Source: an uncultured Bdellovibrionales bacterium
Lineage (GTDB): Bacteria; Patescibacteriota; Minisyncoccia; Moranbacterales; UBA2206
Assembly (NCBI GenBank): GCA_964406815.1
Contig: CAYOTC010000002.1
Coordinates: 7,906 to 71,905 of the forward strand
Direction of reading: 5' to 3'
Length of the DNA stretch: 64,000 nucleotides
Below are positions 55,543 to 64,000 of the stretch, piece by piece. Position numbers and translations under genes: made by a program. How positions within the stretch are numbered: position 1 is the first letter of the stretch; each line of letters opens with the position of its first letter. The notes under the pieces were generated by a model. That model had not been told where the DNA came from. It saw only the letters and a list, made by a program, of their open reading frames with translations, and ran no database searches.

Positions 55543-56487
55543 TTAATTTTTTCTTCTTTTACTATGAAAAGCTTTGTGGACTTCTTTGAGTTGTTTGTTG
55601 GTGACATGGGTATATATCTGAGTAGTGGTGATTGATGAATGGCCAAGCATGGCCTGGACGCTTCTGATATCGGCGCCGTTCATCAATAAATCAGTCGCGA
55701 AAGAATGACGAAGCGTATGCGGATGGACATTTTTCACGATACCGGCCTTGGTCGCGTAATATTTGACGATTCTTTGAATTGAACGGGGAGTGAGGCGCAA
55801 ATCACTTCTCTTGTTTTTTGTCTGGCTATTTTTTGATTCGAACTTTTCCAAAGCTTTCTGATTTCTCACAAAAAGTGCTGGGTCAACATCAGTTCTTTTG
55901 GATAAATAACCTTCCAAAGCTTTTTTGGCGTCATCGGAAATAAAAACCACCCGGACTTTTCCGCCTTTCCCGCGGATGCTAAGTTCGAGATGATTAAGGT
56001 CGATGCGATCTCTATTGATGCTAGTCAGTTCCGAAACACGAAGTCCGGCTGAGAATAGAAGTTCCAAAATAGCCCGATCCCGAAGTGATTTCAAATCTGA
56101 TCCGGAGGCAGCTTCGAAAATTCGCTCCACCTCGTCATTTTCCAAAAATTCCACTTCCCGTTCCGGAGTTTTTCCGATTTCCACCCTTTCAGCCGGCAGA
56201 GCTTCAATATCTTTTTTGGCTAGGAATTTCAAAAAACTCCGAATAGCAATGACATAATATCCCTGGGTAGCCTTTTTGAGGTTTTTGCCGTTCTTGTCTT
56301 CATAACGGTTAAGAAATATGCGGAAGTTCTTAACGAGATTATCTTTAATTTCATGAGCAGTCTTGATTTTCGCCCAATTCAAAAAGACTTCCAGATAATG
56401 GTCATAGTTCTCGATAGTCTTTTGCGACCGACCTTTCTCAATTTCCATGTACTCGAGGAATTCGGTTTTGAGTTCTCTGATGTTCAT
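55543..56487 (-). CDS. xerD: Tyrosine site-specific recombinase (XerC/XerD-type integrase)
   Basis: 'RDRAILELLFSAGLRVSEL', 'HPHTLRHSFATDLLMNGADIRSVQAMLGHSSITTTQIYTHV' (R..HxxR..Y catalytic set), and an N-terminal SAM-like domain. Confidence 0.8.
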   Translation of the reverse strand: MNIRELKTEFLEYMEIEKGRSQKTIENYDHYLEVFLNWAKIKTAHEIKDNLVKNFRIFLNRYEDKNGKNLKKATQGYYVIAIRSFLKFLAKKDIEALPAERVEIGKTPEREVEFLENDEVERIFEAASGSDLKSLRDRAILELLFSAGLRVSELTSINRDRIDLNHLELSIRGKGGKVRVVFISDDAKKALEGYLSKRTDVDPALFVRNQKALEKFESKNSQTKNKRSDLRLTPRSIQRIVKYYATKAGIVKNVHPHTLRHSFATDLLMNGADIRSVQAMLGHSSITTTQIYTHVTNKQLKEVHKAFHSKRRKN

Positions 56488-56523
56488 GTATTTATTTTAC
56501 AACAAAATAGCTAAATATATTAG

Positions 56524-56682
56524 CCCCCTTTCTTTGGTAGCAAAGAAAGGGGGCGGAAAAGTTGCTGTCCGCACGGAATTATAGAACATAATTTATTGTC
56601 ATTCTGGCCTCCGAGCCGGAATCTAGAAAATATAGATCCTAAAACAAGTTCAGGATGACAGAATATACTTCGCAAAGTTCGG
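56524..56682. repeat. Composite intergenic repeat, copy 2, with embedded MITE-like element
   Basis: ccccctttctttg-gtagc-aaagaaaggggg ... ctgtccgcacggaattatagaa ... [MITE] ... acttcgcaaagttcgg. Confidence 0.55.
56597..56660. mobile_element. MITE-like palindromic element, intergenic copy C
   Basis: tgtcattctgg...ccggaatct...gatcctaaaacaagttcaggatgaca; shares termini and internal hairpins with the two copies inside uvrD. Confidence 0.6.
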
Positions 56683-57043
56683 TATTAAATACAAAATATA
56701 AAATAAAAAATTAGGCTTCATTAAGCCTTTTTTAAGATTATTGATTGACGAAGAGGGTATTTTTGACTATACTGTATGCAAGTTAAATTTTTAAGGCTTT
56801 CGACTGGAATGCCGACATATCCTAGAGAAAATCTAGGATTTTTATAGGCAAAATCCGGTTAAAGCCACAAGAAAGGCTTATTATATTAGTAAATTAATCT
56901 ATTCTCTGACACAGACCCTTATAGGACGCGCCAATCTGAAAAAACTGATCTTCCGTATATATGAAAAACAAAGAAATATAGTAGGGTTTATCAAGGAGCA
57001 TAGGACTATAAAAGTACTCCACGTTTTTCGCAACTATTCTTCA

Positions 57044-58066
57044 ATGATAGTTGTTATAGTCAGTGCCATCTTAGTTTCAGCTACCAATCTGGTCGCGGGA
57101 CACGATTCCAGTGGTTTTTTATTTGGCTATTTTGGAGCTGGGGATAATTATGAAAACCCGCTTGAGAATAAGATGTTTCTTAAATCCGGCTTTAAAACAA
57201 ATCTGGCGATGGCACCTCTTATTGAACCAAAATCTTCTTCTGACTCTCAAGACAGGGATAATTTTTCGGAAGACGGAGAAGTTTTTGTGCAAGGACAAGC
57301 TTTGATTTCCGGAAACAGTCCAGTTCTTCGGGATCCGGAAGAAGATGGAGGAGTTATTATTTATGAAGTCAAGGATGGAGACACGGTTAGTTCTATCGCT
57401 TCTAGTCACAGAATCAGTATGAACACAATTCTTTGGGCCAATGAAATAGAGAATGTTGATATGATTAAGCCTGGAGATGAAATATTTATCCTGCCAATTA
57501 CCGGACTTTCATATATAGTGAAAAACGGAGATAATATAGACAGTATTTGCAAACAATTCAAAGCTGACAAAGAAAAAGTCATTGCTTTCAACTATCTTCC
57601 GGCTAACGGAAAAGTCAAAGAGGGGCAGGAAATTATGATTCCGGAAGGACAAAAAGAAGTTCCAAGAAGAGTAATTAGTGGAACATCAAACATTGCTCTT
57701 CGTCAATATGAATCTTTCAGCAGTTCTTCGGGAAAGAGTACTCTGAGTGGAAAAGCCGGTGCCGGGCACCGTTTCCCTTATGGTTATTGTACTTGGTATG
57801 TGGCTTCAAGAAGATATATCCCGTGGTCGGGAAACGCCGGAACTTGGTTATATCGGGCGAAGTCGATGGGTTATGCCACCAGTAAAACTCCGACGGTCGG
57901 ATCGATTATGGTTTCATCGGAGTCGTGGTGGGGGCATGTTGCGATTGTTGAGAAAATCAGCGGAGATATGATAACTATTTCGGAAATGAATTATAAAGGT
58001 TGGGCGAAAAAATCCAGCCGGACTTTGAGTTCTAAGAGTCGGGTGATTAAGGGGTTTATTAGATAA
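57044..58066 (+). CDS. Peptidoglycan hydrolase with two LysM domains and a C-terminal CHAP domain
   Basis: LysM 'YEVKDGDTVSSIASSHRISMNTILWANEI' and 'YIVKNGDNIDSICKQFKADKEKVIAFNYL'. CHAP 'GYCTWYVASRR...WWGHVAIVEKI' (Cys...His). Confidence 0.7.
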   Translation: MIVVIVSAILVSATNLVAGHDSSGFLFGYFGAGDNYENPLENKMFLKSGFKTNLAMAPLIEPKSSSDSQDRDNFSEDGEVFVQGQALISGNSPVLRDPEEDGGVIIYEVKDGDTVSSIASSHRISMNTILWANEIENVDMIKPGDEIFILPITGLSYIVKNGDNIDSICKQFKADKEKVIAFNYLPANGKVKEGQEIMIPEGQKEVPRRVISGTSNIALRQYESFSSSSGKSTLSGKAGAGHRFPYGYCTWYVASRRYIPWSGNAGTWLYRAKSMGYATSKTPTVGSIMVSSESWWGHVAIVEKISGDMITISEMNYKGWAKKSSRTLSSKSRVIKGFIR

Positions 58067-58142
58067 ATATTTAGAAAACTTGAATATAAAAAATAGGCAC
58101 GTCTCGCAACGCGAGAGACGGCCTTTTTTGTTTTTCTTTACT

Positions 58143-58352
58143 AACTTTTCTTGTCAGCAAGAAAAGTTACAAAAGAACTGTCCGCACGAATTCGCTCAGT
58201 ATAAATTTTCGCTCATTCGTTCAAAATCCAGGTTGTTCCTTCGGCAACAAGACCGGATTTTTTCACTCATTCGCTCAATTTATAAACCTCGCGAATTAAG
58301 TGCGGAATTATAGAATGCAAATTCTGGTTCTAGAAATACGCTTCGCAAAGTT
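58143..58352. repeat. Composite intergenic repeat, copy 3 (longest; internal ~95-nt insert bounded by ccgcacgaattcgc/gcgaattaagtgcgg)
   Basis: aacttttcttg-tcagc-aagaaaagtt ... ctgtccgcacg ... gtgcggaattatagaatgcaaattctggttctagaaatacgcttcgcaaagtt. Contains a UUCG-capped hairpin atccaggttgttcc-ttcg-gcaacaagaccggat. Confidence 0.55.
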
Positions 58353-58381
58353 AGAGATAATATACAAAAAATAATATGTCT

Positions 58382-59542
58382 CTAATTGCTATCCAATGAG
58401 TCAGGAATAAATCCATTTTCTCTTAGAGTATGTATCATTCCGCGAAGAAGATAATTATTTGCGAAACCAATAGTATAAATTCTACCATTTTCTTTAAGTG
58501 GTATGAGCATTGATTTATCCTTCAGTCTTTTTAATATTCTAGAGCGTTGTTGCGGAGATTCTTCTCCAAGAATTTTTTCAAGATCTACTGATTTTATAGT
58601 CATTTCTTGATTTTTAATAATAGCAGAAAGAATCTGGTATTCGCGTTTTGTTATATGTTCTCGCTCTAGAGAATATGAGAGCATTGGCAATAAAATTACA
58701 TTGATTATATAACGCAAATCAAGAAGGTTATCTATTTTTTCTATTTCAGTTCGTAATCCTTCAAGAACATACAAGCACCATTTTAAAACATTGTCCTCTT
58801 GTTCTGAATCAGCTAAGGAAAGCATTTTATAATATTTATTGCGATCCATGCAAAATATTGCTGTTGGATTTAATATTCTTCCACTCTTTACTTGAAAGCT
58901 TTGTTTTATAAGAAGTGCATATGTAAACATTCTTACAAGTCTGCCATTTCCATTATCAAAGGGATGTATCCATGCCATTTTATGGTGAGATAGGGCAATT
59001 GCTAGCAAGTGATATTGTGTATCAAGTGGTTGATTAACAAATTCCATAAGTTCATCAAATAATTCTGGAACCTTAATCGATTCTGGAGGAATATGATTTG
59101 ATTTTTTTATAGATACGTTTATTGGTCGTAATATTCCGGGATATCGAGAGCCCTCTCCTGTAGGTGGGGGCGTTAGGTTATTAACAAGTATTTTATGTAT
59201 TTCTGAAATAAGAGCTCTGTCAAACTTGGTTTTTTTATTTACATTTCTATCAATAAAATCGATTGCTTTATCTATATTTTCAATCTCTTTAAATTTTTCA
59301 TCCACAACAATTTTCTTTGATCTATTTTCAATAACCTTTTCAATATATTCAGCTAATGTTGTGTTATTGCCCTCTATTCTTGCAGATCCTAGACTTTCTA
59401 GCATTTGAAATATATCTTTTATTTGAAAAAAGACATGAGGAGAAACTGGTCCGCCTAATTTTTTAACTCGAAGTTTTTCTAGCTCAAAAATTACACTAGT
59501 AAGCTTGCTGCCATATTTAGGGTCATAAATTTTTATGGACAT
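58382..59542 (-). CDS. fic: Fic/DOC-family protein (AMPylator-like)
   Basis: Canonical Fic motif 'HPFDNGNGRLVRM' (HPFx[DE]GNGR). Confidence 0.8.
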   Translation of the reverse strand: MSIKIYDPKYGSKLTSVIFELEKLRVKKLGGPVSPHVFFQIKDIFQMLESLGSARIEGNNTTLAEYIEKVIENRSKKIVVDEKFKEIENIDKAIDFIDRNVNKKTKFDRALISEIHKILVNNLTPPPTGEGSRYPGILRPINVSIKKSNHIPPESIKVPELFDELMEFVNQPLDTQYHLLAIALSHHKMAWIHPFDNGNGRLVRMFTYALLIKQSFQVKSGRILNPTAIFCMDRNKYYKMLSLADSEQEDNVLKWCLYVLEGLRTEIEKIDNLLDLRYIINVILLPMLSYSLEREHITKREYQILSAIIKNQEMTIKSVDLEKILGEESPQQRSRILKRLKDKSMLIPLKENGRIYTIGFANNYLLRGMIHTLRENGFIPDSLDSN

Positions 59543-59708
59543 ATAGGTTATTTAACATTTATAATAATTATTATTTAACATTATATGCCAAATTATAGCT
59601 AAGTCAAGGTGTTTTATTAAAGTGAAAATATTATGTTATTTATCAATGGGTAAGTTAATATTTATCATCATTCATTTTACTTATTTAACAAAAGTAGGTT
59701 TTGATGTA

Positions 59709-59741
59709 AGAAAAAATAGGTCTAACAAACCTATTTTTATT
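59709..59741 (-). terminator. Intrinsic terminator downstream of uvrD
   Basis: aataggt-ctaacaa-acctatt flanked by A- and T-runs. Confidence 0.45.
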
Positions 59742-59764
59742 AGAAGTTATATATAAATTCAAAT

Positions 59765-62044
59765 CTATATCTTTCTAAGCGGTGCGATGGAAGCGGAAAG
59801 TTTTTTGAGGCCCACTTTTTTGAAAGCGACTGTTATCATATCGCCTTGCGAAGATACGACTGTTCCATCGCCGAAGACTTCGTGGGAAACTTTTTCTCCA
59901 CCCTTATACTTAGTATCTTGTATTTTGTATCTAGTATTTTGTATAAAATCTTTAGTATCTTTATAACTTTCCATTTCTGATTTTAGATTTACTTGGAAAT
60001 TTGAAATTTGACATTTGTCATTTTGCAGAAGGTGTTCCGGAATGTCATCCAAGAAACGTGACGGCGCATTTATTTGCGTGGAGCCGAAGATGGTCCGTTC
60101 CATTGTGAAAAGCAAATATACTTTTTCTTTTGCTCGGGTGATGCCAACATACATGAGTCTTCTCTCTTCTTCCATTTCTTCTTCACTTAACATACTCCTC
60201 GAATGCGGCAGAATTCCTTCTTCGAGTCCTACGATGAAAACAAAACGGAACTCCAATCCTTTGGCGCTATGCATCGTCATCAAATGCACGGCTTCTTTGG
60301 TCTGGTCGATATTGTCGGTGTCAGAAACCAAAGATACTTCTTCCAAAAATAAATTCAATCCTTCTTCGCTTTCCTCGTCATATTTTTTCGCGACCGAAAG
60401 AAGTTCTTGGACGTTTTCATATCTCATCTGTCCTTCCTCTGATCCGTCCAAGAGAGTTTTTTCATATCCGCTTTCGATGAAAACTTTCTGGATAAAATCA
60501 GTGAGAGATAATTTTTTTCTGGCCTCCGACATTCGTCCGATGAATTCGCAGAATTTGGAAATGGAATCTATTTTAGTATCTTGTATTTTGTATTTAGTAT
60601 CTGGTATGTTTGAAATTTTAAGTCCGCAGGAAATAAAATCCAGATTATTATTTTTAGCCAAAGTGATCCATTTGGAAAATGTGGCATCGCCGATTCCGCG
60701 TTTCGGTTCATTGATGATGCGCTCAAGTGAAACTTCATCGGAGAAATTATTGATGAGTCGAAGATAGGCAATCAGATCTTTTATTTCTTTCCTTTGATAG
60801 AATTTGAGTCCGCCGATAATCCGATAGGGCAGAGAATATTTAAGTAGCGCTTCTTCGATCACGCGGGATTGCGCGTTGGTCCGATATAGTATTACGAAAT
60901 CGGAAAGTCTACATTTGTCATTCCGGATTTGGTCCGGAATCTCTTTGGATCCTGAAACAAGTTCAGGATGACCTAGTCTTATTATTTCTTTCATTATATA
61001 TTCCGCTTCGTCTCTTTCATTGTCGGCTTCATAGGAAACCAAGAGATGGCCATCATTTTTTTCCGTCCAGACTTTTTTGTCTTTGCGGTTTACGTTTTTT
61101 GAAATGACGCCATAGGCCGCGTCCAGAATCGGCTGGGTCGAACGATAGTTCTGCTCCAGTTTGATGACGTGCGCCTCCGGATAATCTTTTTCGAAATTCA
61201 AAATGTTTCTGACATCGGCGCCGCGGAAAAGATAGATGCTTTGCCAATCGTCTCCGCAAACCCAGATGTTTTTGTGGGCGTCGCTGAGCATTTTGACGAG
61301 AATATACTGCGCGCGGTTGGTGTCTTGATATTCGTCCACCATAATATAGCGGAAAATATTTTGATATTTCTTGAGCACTTCGGGATAGGTTTCAAAAATT
61401 TTCACGGTGAGCATTATAATATCGTCGAAATCCAACGCGTTATTTTCTTTGAGCTTTTTTTGATAGGCGGTAAAAACTTTGGAAACCACTTCTTCCCAAT
61501 ATCCGCCGACCATCTCGCCAAATCTTTTGGCATCAATCAATTCATTCTTGGCTTTGGAAATCGCTCCCAGGATTCCTTTGGGATTGAACTGGGTGGTGTC
61601 GATTTCCAATTCCCGCATAGTTTTTTTTATGAGGGCCAGCTGGTCAAGAGAATCGAAAATATTGAAACTGCTTTTATAGCCGATCTTTTCAATCTCACTG
61701 CGAAGAATTTTTACACAAATGGCGTGGAAAGTGCCGATATGTGGCAGGTTGTACCTGTCATTCCGGACTTGGTCCGGAATCTCCTGAGATCCTGAAACAA
61801 GTTCAGGATGACAATTTAATAGTTCCGCCACTCGCTCTTTCATTTCACCGGCGGCTTTGTTGGTGAAAGTCACCGCCAGGATGTTTCCCGGACGGACATT
61901 CTTTTCACGGATAAGATACGCCACTCGATGGGTGAGCGCCCGGGTTTTTCCCGAACCGGCGCCGGCAATGACCAAAACCGGCCCTTCGGTCGTAATGACA
62001 GCTTCACGCTGAGGATCATTAAGTTTTTTCAAGATTTCATCCAT
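59765..62044 (-). CDS. pcrA: UvrD/PcrA-family ATP-dependent DNA helicase carrying four in-frame repeat insertions
   Basis: Walker A 'AGAGSGKT', 'VDEYQDTN', 'GDDWQSIYLFRGA', 'NYRSTQPIL', 'MTMHSAKGLEFRFVFIVGLEEG', 'VGITRAKEKVYLL', and the C-terminal 'GDGTVV' domain. Confidence 0.9.
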   Translation of the reverse strand: MDEILKKLNDPQREAVITTEGPVLVIAGAGSGKTRALTHRVAYLIREKNVRPGNILAVTFTNKAAGEMKERVAELLNCHPELVSGSQEIPDQVRNDRYNLPHIGTFHAICVKILRSEIEKIGYKSSFNIFDSLDQLALIKKTMRELEIDTTQFNPKGILGAISKAKNELIDAKRFGEMVGGYWEEVVSKVFTAYQKKLKENNALDFDDIIMLTVKIFETYPEVLKKYQNIFRYIMVDEYQDTNRAQYILVKMLSDAHKNIWVCGDDWQSIYLFRGADVRNILNFEKDYPEAHVIKLEQNYRSTQPILDAAYGVISKNVNRKDKKVWTEKNDGHLLVSYEADNERDEAEYIMKEIIRLGHPELVSGSKEIPDQIRNDKCRLSDFVILYRTNAQSRVIEEALLKYSLPYRIIGGLKFYQRKEIKDLIAYLRLINNFSDEVSLERIINEPKRGIGDATFSKWITLAKNNNLDFISCGLKISNIPDTKYKIQDTKIDSISKFCEFIGRMSEARKKLSLTDFIQKVFIESGYEKTLLDGSEEGQMRYENVQELLSVAKKYDEESEEGLNLFLEEVSLVSDTDNIDQTKEAVHLMTMHSAKGLEFRFVFIVGLEEGILPHSRSMLSEEEMEEERRLMYVGITRAKEKVYLLFTMERTIFGSTQINAPSRFLDDIPEHLLQNDKCQISNFQVNLKSEMESYKDTKDFIQNTRYKIQDTKYKGGEKVSHEVFGDGTVVSSQGDMITVAFKKVGLKKLSASIAPLRKI
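59899..59960. repeat. AT-rich 'tagtatcttgtattttgtat' tandem repeat, copy 1, in-frame in the uvrD 3' region
   Basis: Encodes 'NTRYKIQDTKYK'. Shares a ~26-nt core with the copy at 60572-60612. Confidence 0.5.
60572..60612. repeat. AT-rich 'tagtatcttgtattttgtat' repeat, copy 2, in-frame in uvrD
   Basis: Encodes 'PDTKYKIQDTKID'. Confidence 0.5.
60916..60973. mobile_element. MITE-like 58-bp palindromic element, copy B, in-frame inside uvrD
   Basis: tgtcattccggatttggtccggaatctctttggatcctgaaacaagttcaggatgac; encodes 'HPELVSGSKEIPDQIRNDK' in the helicase. Confidence 0.65.
61756..61813. mobile_element. MITE-like 58-bp palindromic element, copy A, in-frame inside uvrD
   Basis: tgtcattccggacttggtccggaatctcctgagatcctgaaacaagttcaggatgaca; encodes 'HPELVSGSQEIPDQVRNDR'. 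Confidence 0.65.
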
Positions 62045-62147
62045 AACTTAATCATTATAACATGACAGTAATTTTTCGTGATATGCCTAAGGTTGACTTT
62101 TTCTAGGGGGGGGTAAAATTGCTAATATAAACAATAATTTTAAAAAA

Positions 62148-62687
62148 ATGAACAAAGAAGCATATTTTCCAGATCCATTTGAGGCTAGAAAGGCTTGGGA
62201 TATGATGAGCGAAGAAGAAAAAGCTATGAGTAGAGAAAAAGGAAAAGAAAAAGTAGATAATAAATTAAGAGAAGCTATAATTAAAAATCCAGATTTGGTC
62301 CTTGATAATATGGGAGAAAGTAATTCGAACAAAAAACTTGATAAGTTTTATGCTCAACTAATGAAAGAATCAGGCATAGATGATTTCTATTTAACATCAT
62401 CTAATATGGCTTATATTAGAAAAAAAAGTAGAGGATTGAATGTTACTGAAATAAGATTTTGGGATTCTTTGCCCGAAATAGAAGGTGATGTGCATTTTTC
62501 TGATAGTGGTACCGGAAAAAAAATAGCCGATTGCTTAGGAAATATGGGTAATGTTCTAGAATTTTTTGAAAATGATGATGAGTACAACATTGAAACTGTG
62601 TATAAAAAAGAGTTTAGTGGTTGTTCAGAGGAAGAATGTAAGAGAGGAATTGTATATCATATAACAAAGAAAACTAAAGAGCAATAA
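62148..62687 (+). CDS. Hypothetical cytoplasmic protein
   Basis: 179 aa, charged, no motif recognised. Confidence 0.4.
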   Translation: MNKEAYFPDPFEARKAWDMMSEEEKAMSREKGKEKVDNKLREAIIKNPDLVLDNMGESNSNKKLDKFYAQLMKESGIDDFYLTSSNMAYIRKKSRGLNVTEIRFWDSLPEIEGDVHFSDSGTGKKIADCLGNMGNVLEFFENDDEYNIETVYKKEFSGCSEEECKRGIVYHITKKTKEQ

Positions 62688-62873
62688 TTAAATTAAAATT
62701 AGTTTAAATTATGAAGCTCGCGCAGGAATGGCGGGCTTTTTTTATCCCAAGTTTGCTAAAAGTCCGATTATATTATATTCTATCTTTAGTATTAAATAAT
62801 TTAATTAGCGAATGCTGGTTGTTGAAAGGGGGCTTTAACGCTTAAACAACAACGAACGTTTGGCTGAAAAACT

Positions 62874-63143
62874 ATGGCGTTAAACGCAAAGCAAAAGGAA
62901 AAAGCAACTAAAGAAGTAAAAAGGCATGAAAAAGATAGTGGTTCTCCGGAATATCAGATCGCACTTTTTACCGAAAAGATAAAAAAGTTGACTTCTCATC
63001 TTAAGAAAAATCAGAAAGATTTCAATTCCAGACGTGGATTATTAAAAATGGTTTCCAAAAGAAAGAAACTTATGGATTATCTAAAAAAGACCAATGAAAA
63101 GGAATATAAATCTCTGATCAAAAAATTGAATCTTAAAGGTTAG
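62874..63143 (+). CDS. rpsO: 30S ribosomal protein S15
   Basis: '[30 protein letters not shown]' matches the S15 core (H..D..SRRGLL..V..RR.LL.YL). Confidence 0.9.
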   Translation: MALNAKQKEKATKEVKRHEKDSGSPEYQIALFTEKIKKLTSHLKKNQKDFNSRRGLLKMVSKRKKLMDYLKKTNEKEYKSLIKKLNLKG

Positions 63144-63200
63144 CATACTAATGTCCCAGTCTTAAAGGCTGGGACAATTTAATTTATTATAATAAAAAGA

Positions 63201-63698
63201 ATGTCTATTTATAAAGAACAAAGAGTGGGTGTTTTGGTGGATATCCAGAATTTATATTATTCCGCCAAAGTCATTTTTAAGAAAAAAGCCAATTTTGGAC
63301 AAATTCTGAAAGACGGCATAGGAGATCGAAAACTCATTCGAGCGATTGCTTATGGGATTAAAACCCTGGAAGGTCAGGAGGATAAGTTTTTTGAAGCGCT
63401 GGAAAAGCAAGGATTTGAAGTAAAAACCAAGGATTTGCAGATTTTTCCCGGCGGAGCAAAAAAAGGCGACTGGGACGTAGGAATTACAGTGGATGCAATC
63501 AAGCTTTCCAAAAGCTTGGATGTTATTATTCTTGTTTCCGGCGATGGGGACTACATTCCTCTTGTTGAATATATTCAATCAACTACTGGTTGTCGTGTTG
63601 AAGGAATGGCTTTTTTGGAATCAACCAGCGGAAAGCTGGTTGAAAAACTGGATAAATTCACCAATTTGAGTGAAAATAAGAAGAGGTTTTTGATATAA
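63201..63698 (+). CDS. NYN-domain (LabA/YacP-like) protein
   Basis: 'VGVLVDIQNLYYS' ... 'DVIILVSGDGDYIPLVEYI' matches the Asp pattern of NYN/PIN-like nucleases. Confidence 0.65.
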   Translation: MSIYKEQRVGVLVDIQNLYYSAKVIFKKKANFGQILKDGIGDRKLIRAIAYGIKTLEGQEDKFFEALEKQGFEVKTKDLQIFPGGAKKGDWDVGITVDAIKLSKSLDVIILVSGDGDYIPLVEYIQSTTGCRVEGMAFLESTSGKLVEKLDKFTNLSENKKRFLI

Positions 63699-63811
63699 AT
63701 TCTTTTTTGGGCTATAATTAGGGTACAATGAAATGGTAATAATATGTGCCATTTTTTGGGTACATTAAAAATAAAATAAACAGAAATAGAAAAACAAAAG
63801 AGGAGGGAAGA

Positions 63812-63949
63812 ATGGAAACTTTTAGAAAAATTTTATGTAAATTGGCGATGGGAATATTTTTCATTCCGCTTATGGCGCTGATCGGGAGACGTGTCTTATT
63901 GTGGGACGAAAATAGCGAGCCGGATTTCGGTGATAAGGAGGTGATATAA
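63812..63949 (+). CDS. Small membrane peptide, hypothetical
   Basis: Start 'METFRK' after SD agaggagggaag; one TM. Confidence 0.25.
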   Translation: METFRKILCKLAMGIFFIPLMALIGRRVLLWDENSEPDFGDKEVI

Positions 63950-64000
63950 AATGGCAGGAATTTTTTGGAGAAACTTAAAGGTGGCATTTTTATTGTTAGC

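Noticed and set aside
60015-61795. Plus-strand ORFs 60015-60767 (250 aa) and 61169-61795 (208 aa) inside uvrD
   Set aside because: Antisense to a helicase gene that retains all conserved motifs; typical shadow ORFs in AT-rich DNA.

Overview
This is a low-GC, gene-dense bacterial window. Its gene content and sequence style are consistent with a small-genome Patescibacteria/CPR-like organism: a Gram-positive-type type IV secretion system (T4SS)-like locus, many secreted or membrane hypotheticals, and few biosynthetic genes. Organism and family assignments are inferred from motifs and were not checked against any database.

Housekeeping genes recognised with confidence: gyrA, ftsH, tilS, rpsA, rpsO, gmk, mscL, lspA, rsmA/ksgA, cca, comM/yifB, tsaC/yrdC, a UvrD/PcrA helicase, a XerC/D-type recombinase, a Fic protein and a LysM-CHAP peptidoglycan hydrolase.

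Accessory content, in window order:
(a) 3.7-17.7 kb: a T4SS-like locus with two pilin-like genes (one fused to a Cys-rich domain), VirB4 apparently split into two ORFs, a PrgI/VirB3-like protein, a VirB6-like polytopic protein and several secreted proteins.
(b) 28.0-29.5 kb: a minus-strand tRNA array in which intact tRNAs are interleaved with decayed or rearranged tRNA fragments, GC-rich mini-hairpin insertions and inverted 'AAAAATGGTGCGGGG' flanks.
(c) 29.6-31.1 kb: a Wzy/O-antigen-ligase-like gene carrying six in-frame copies of a ~20-24 bp perfect palindrome (AATGTTCCACGTGGAACATT); one copy is itself split by a nested GC hairpin.
(d) 50.3-56.7 kb: a tRNA-Val/tRNA-Met to tyrosine-recombinase interval that looks like an integrated island. 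It holds a tandemly duplicated promoter-gene-terminator cassette, a four-helix-bundle protein and several small membrane proteins.
(e) 59.8-62.0 kb: the UvrD/PcrA helicase gene carries two in-frame copies of a 58-bp MITE-like element, with a third copy intergenic at 56.6 kb, plus two in-frame AT-rich repeat insertions.
(f) A ~160-210 bp composite intergenic repeat family is present in three copies (21.2, 56.5 and 58.1 kb).
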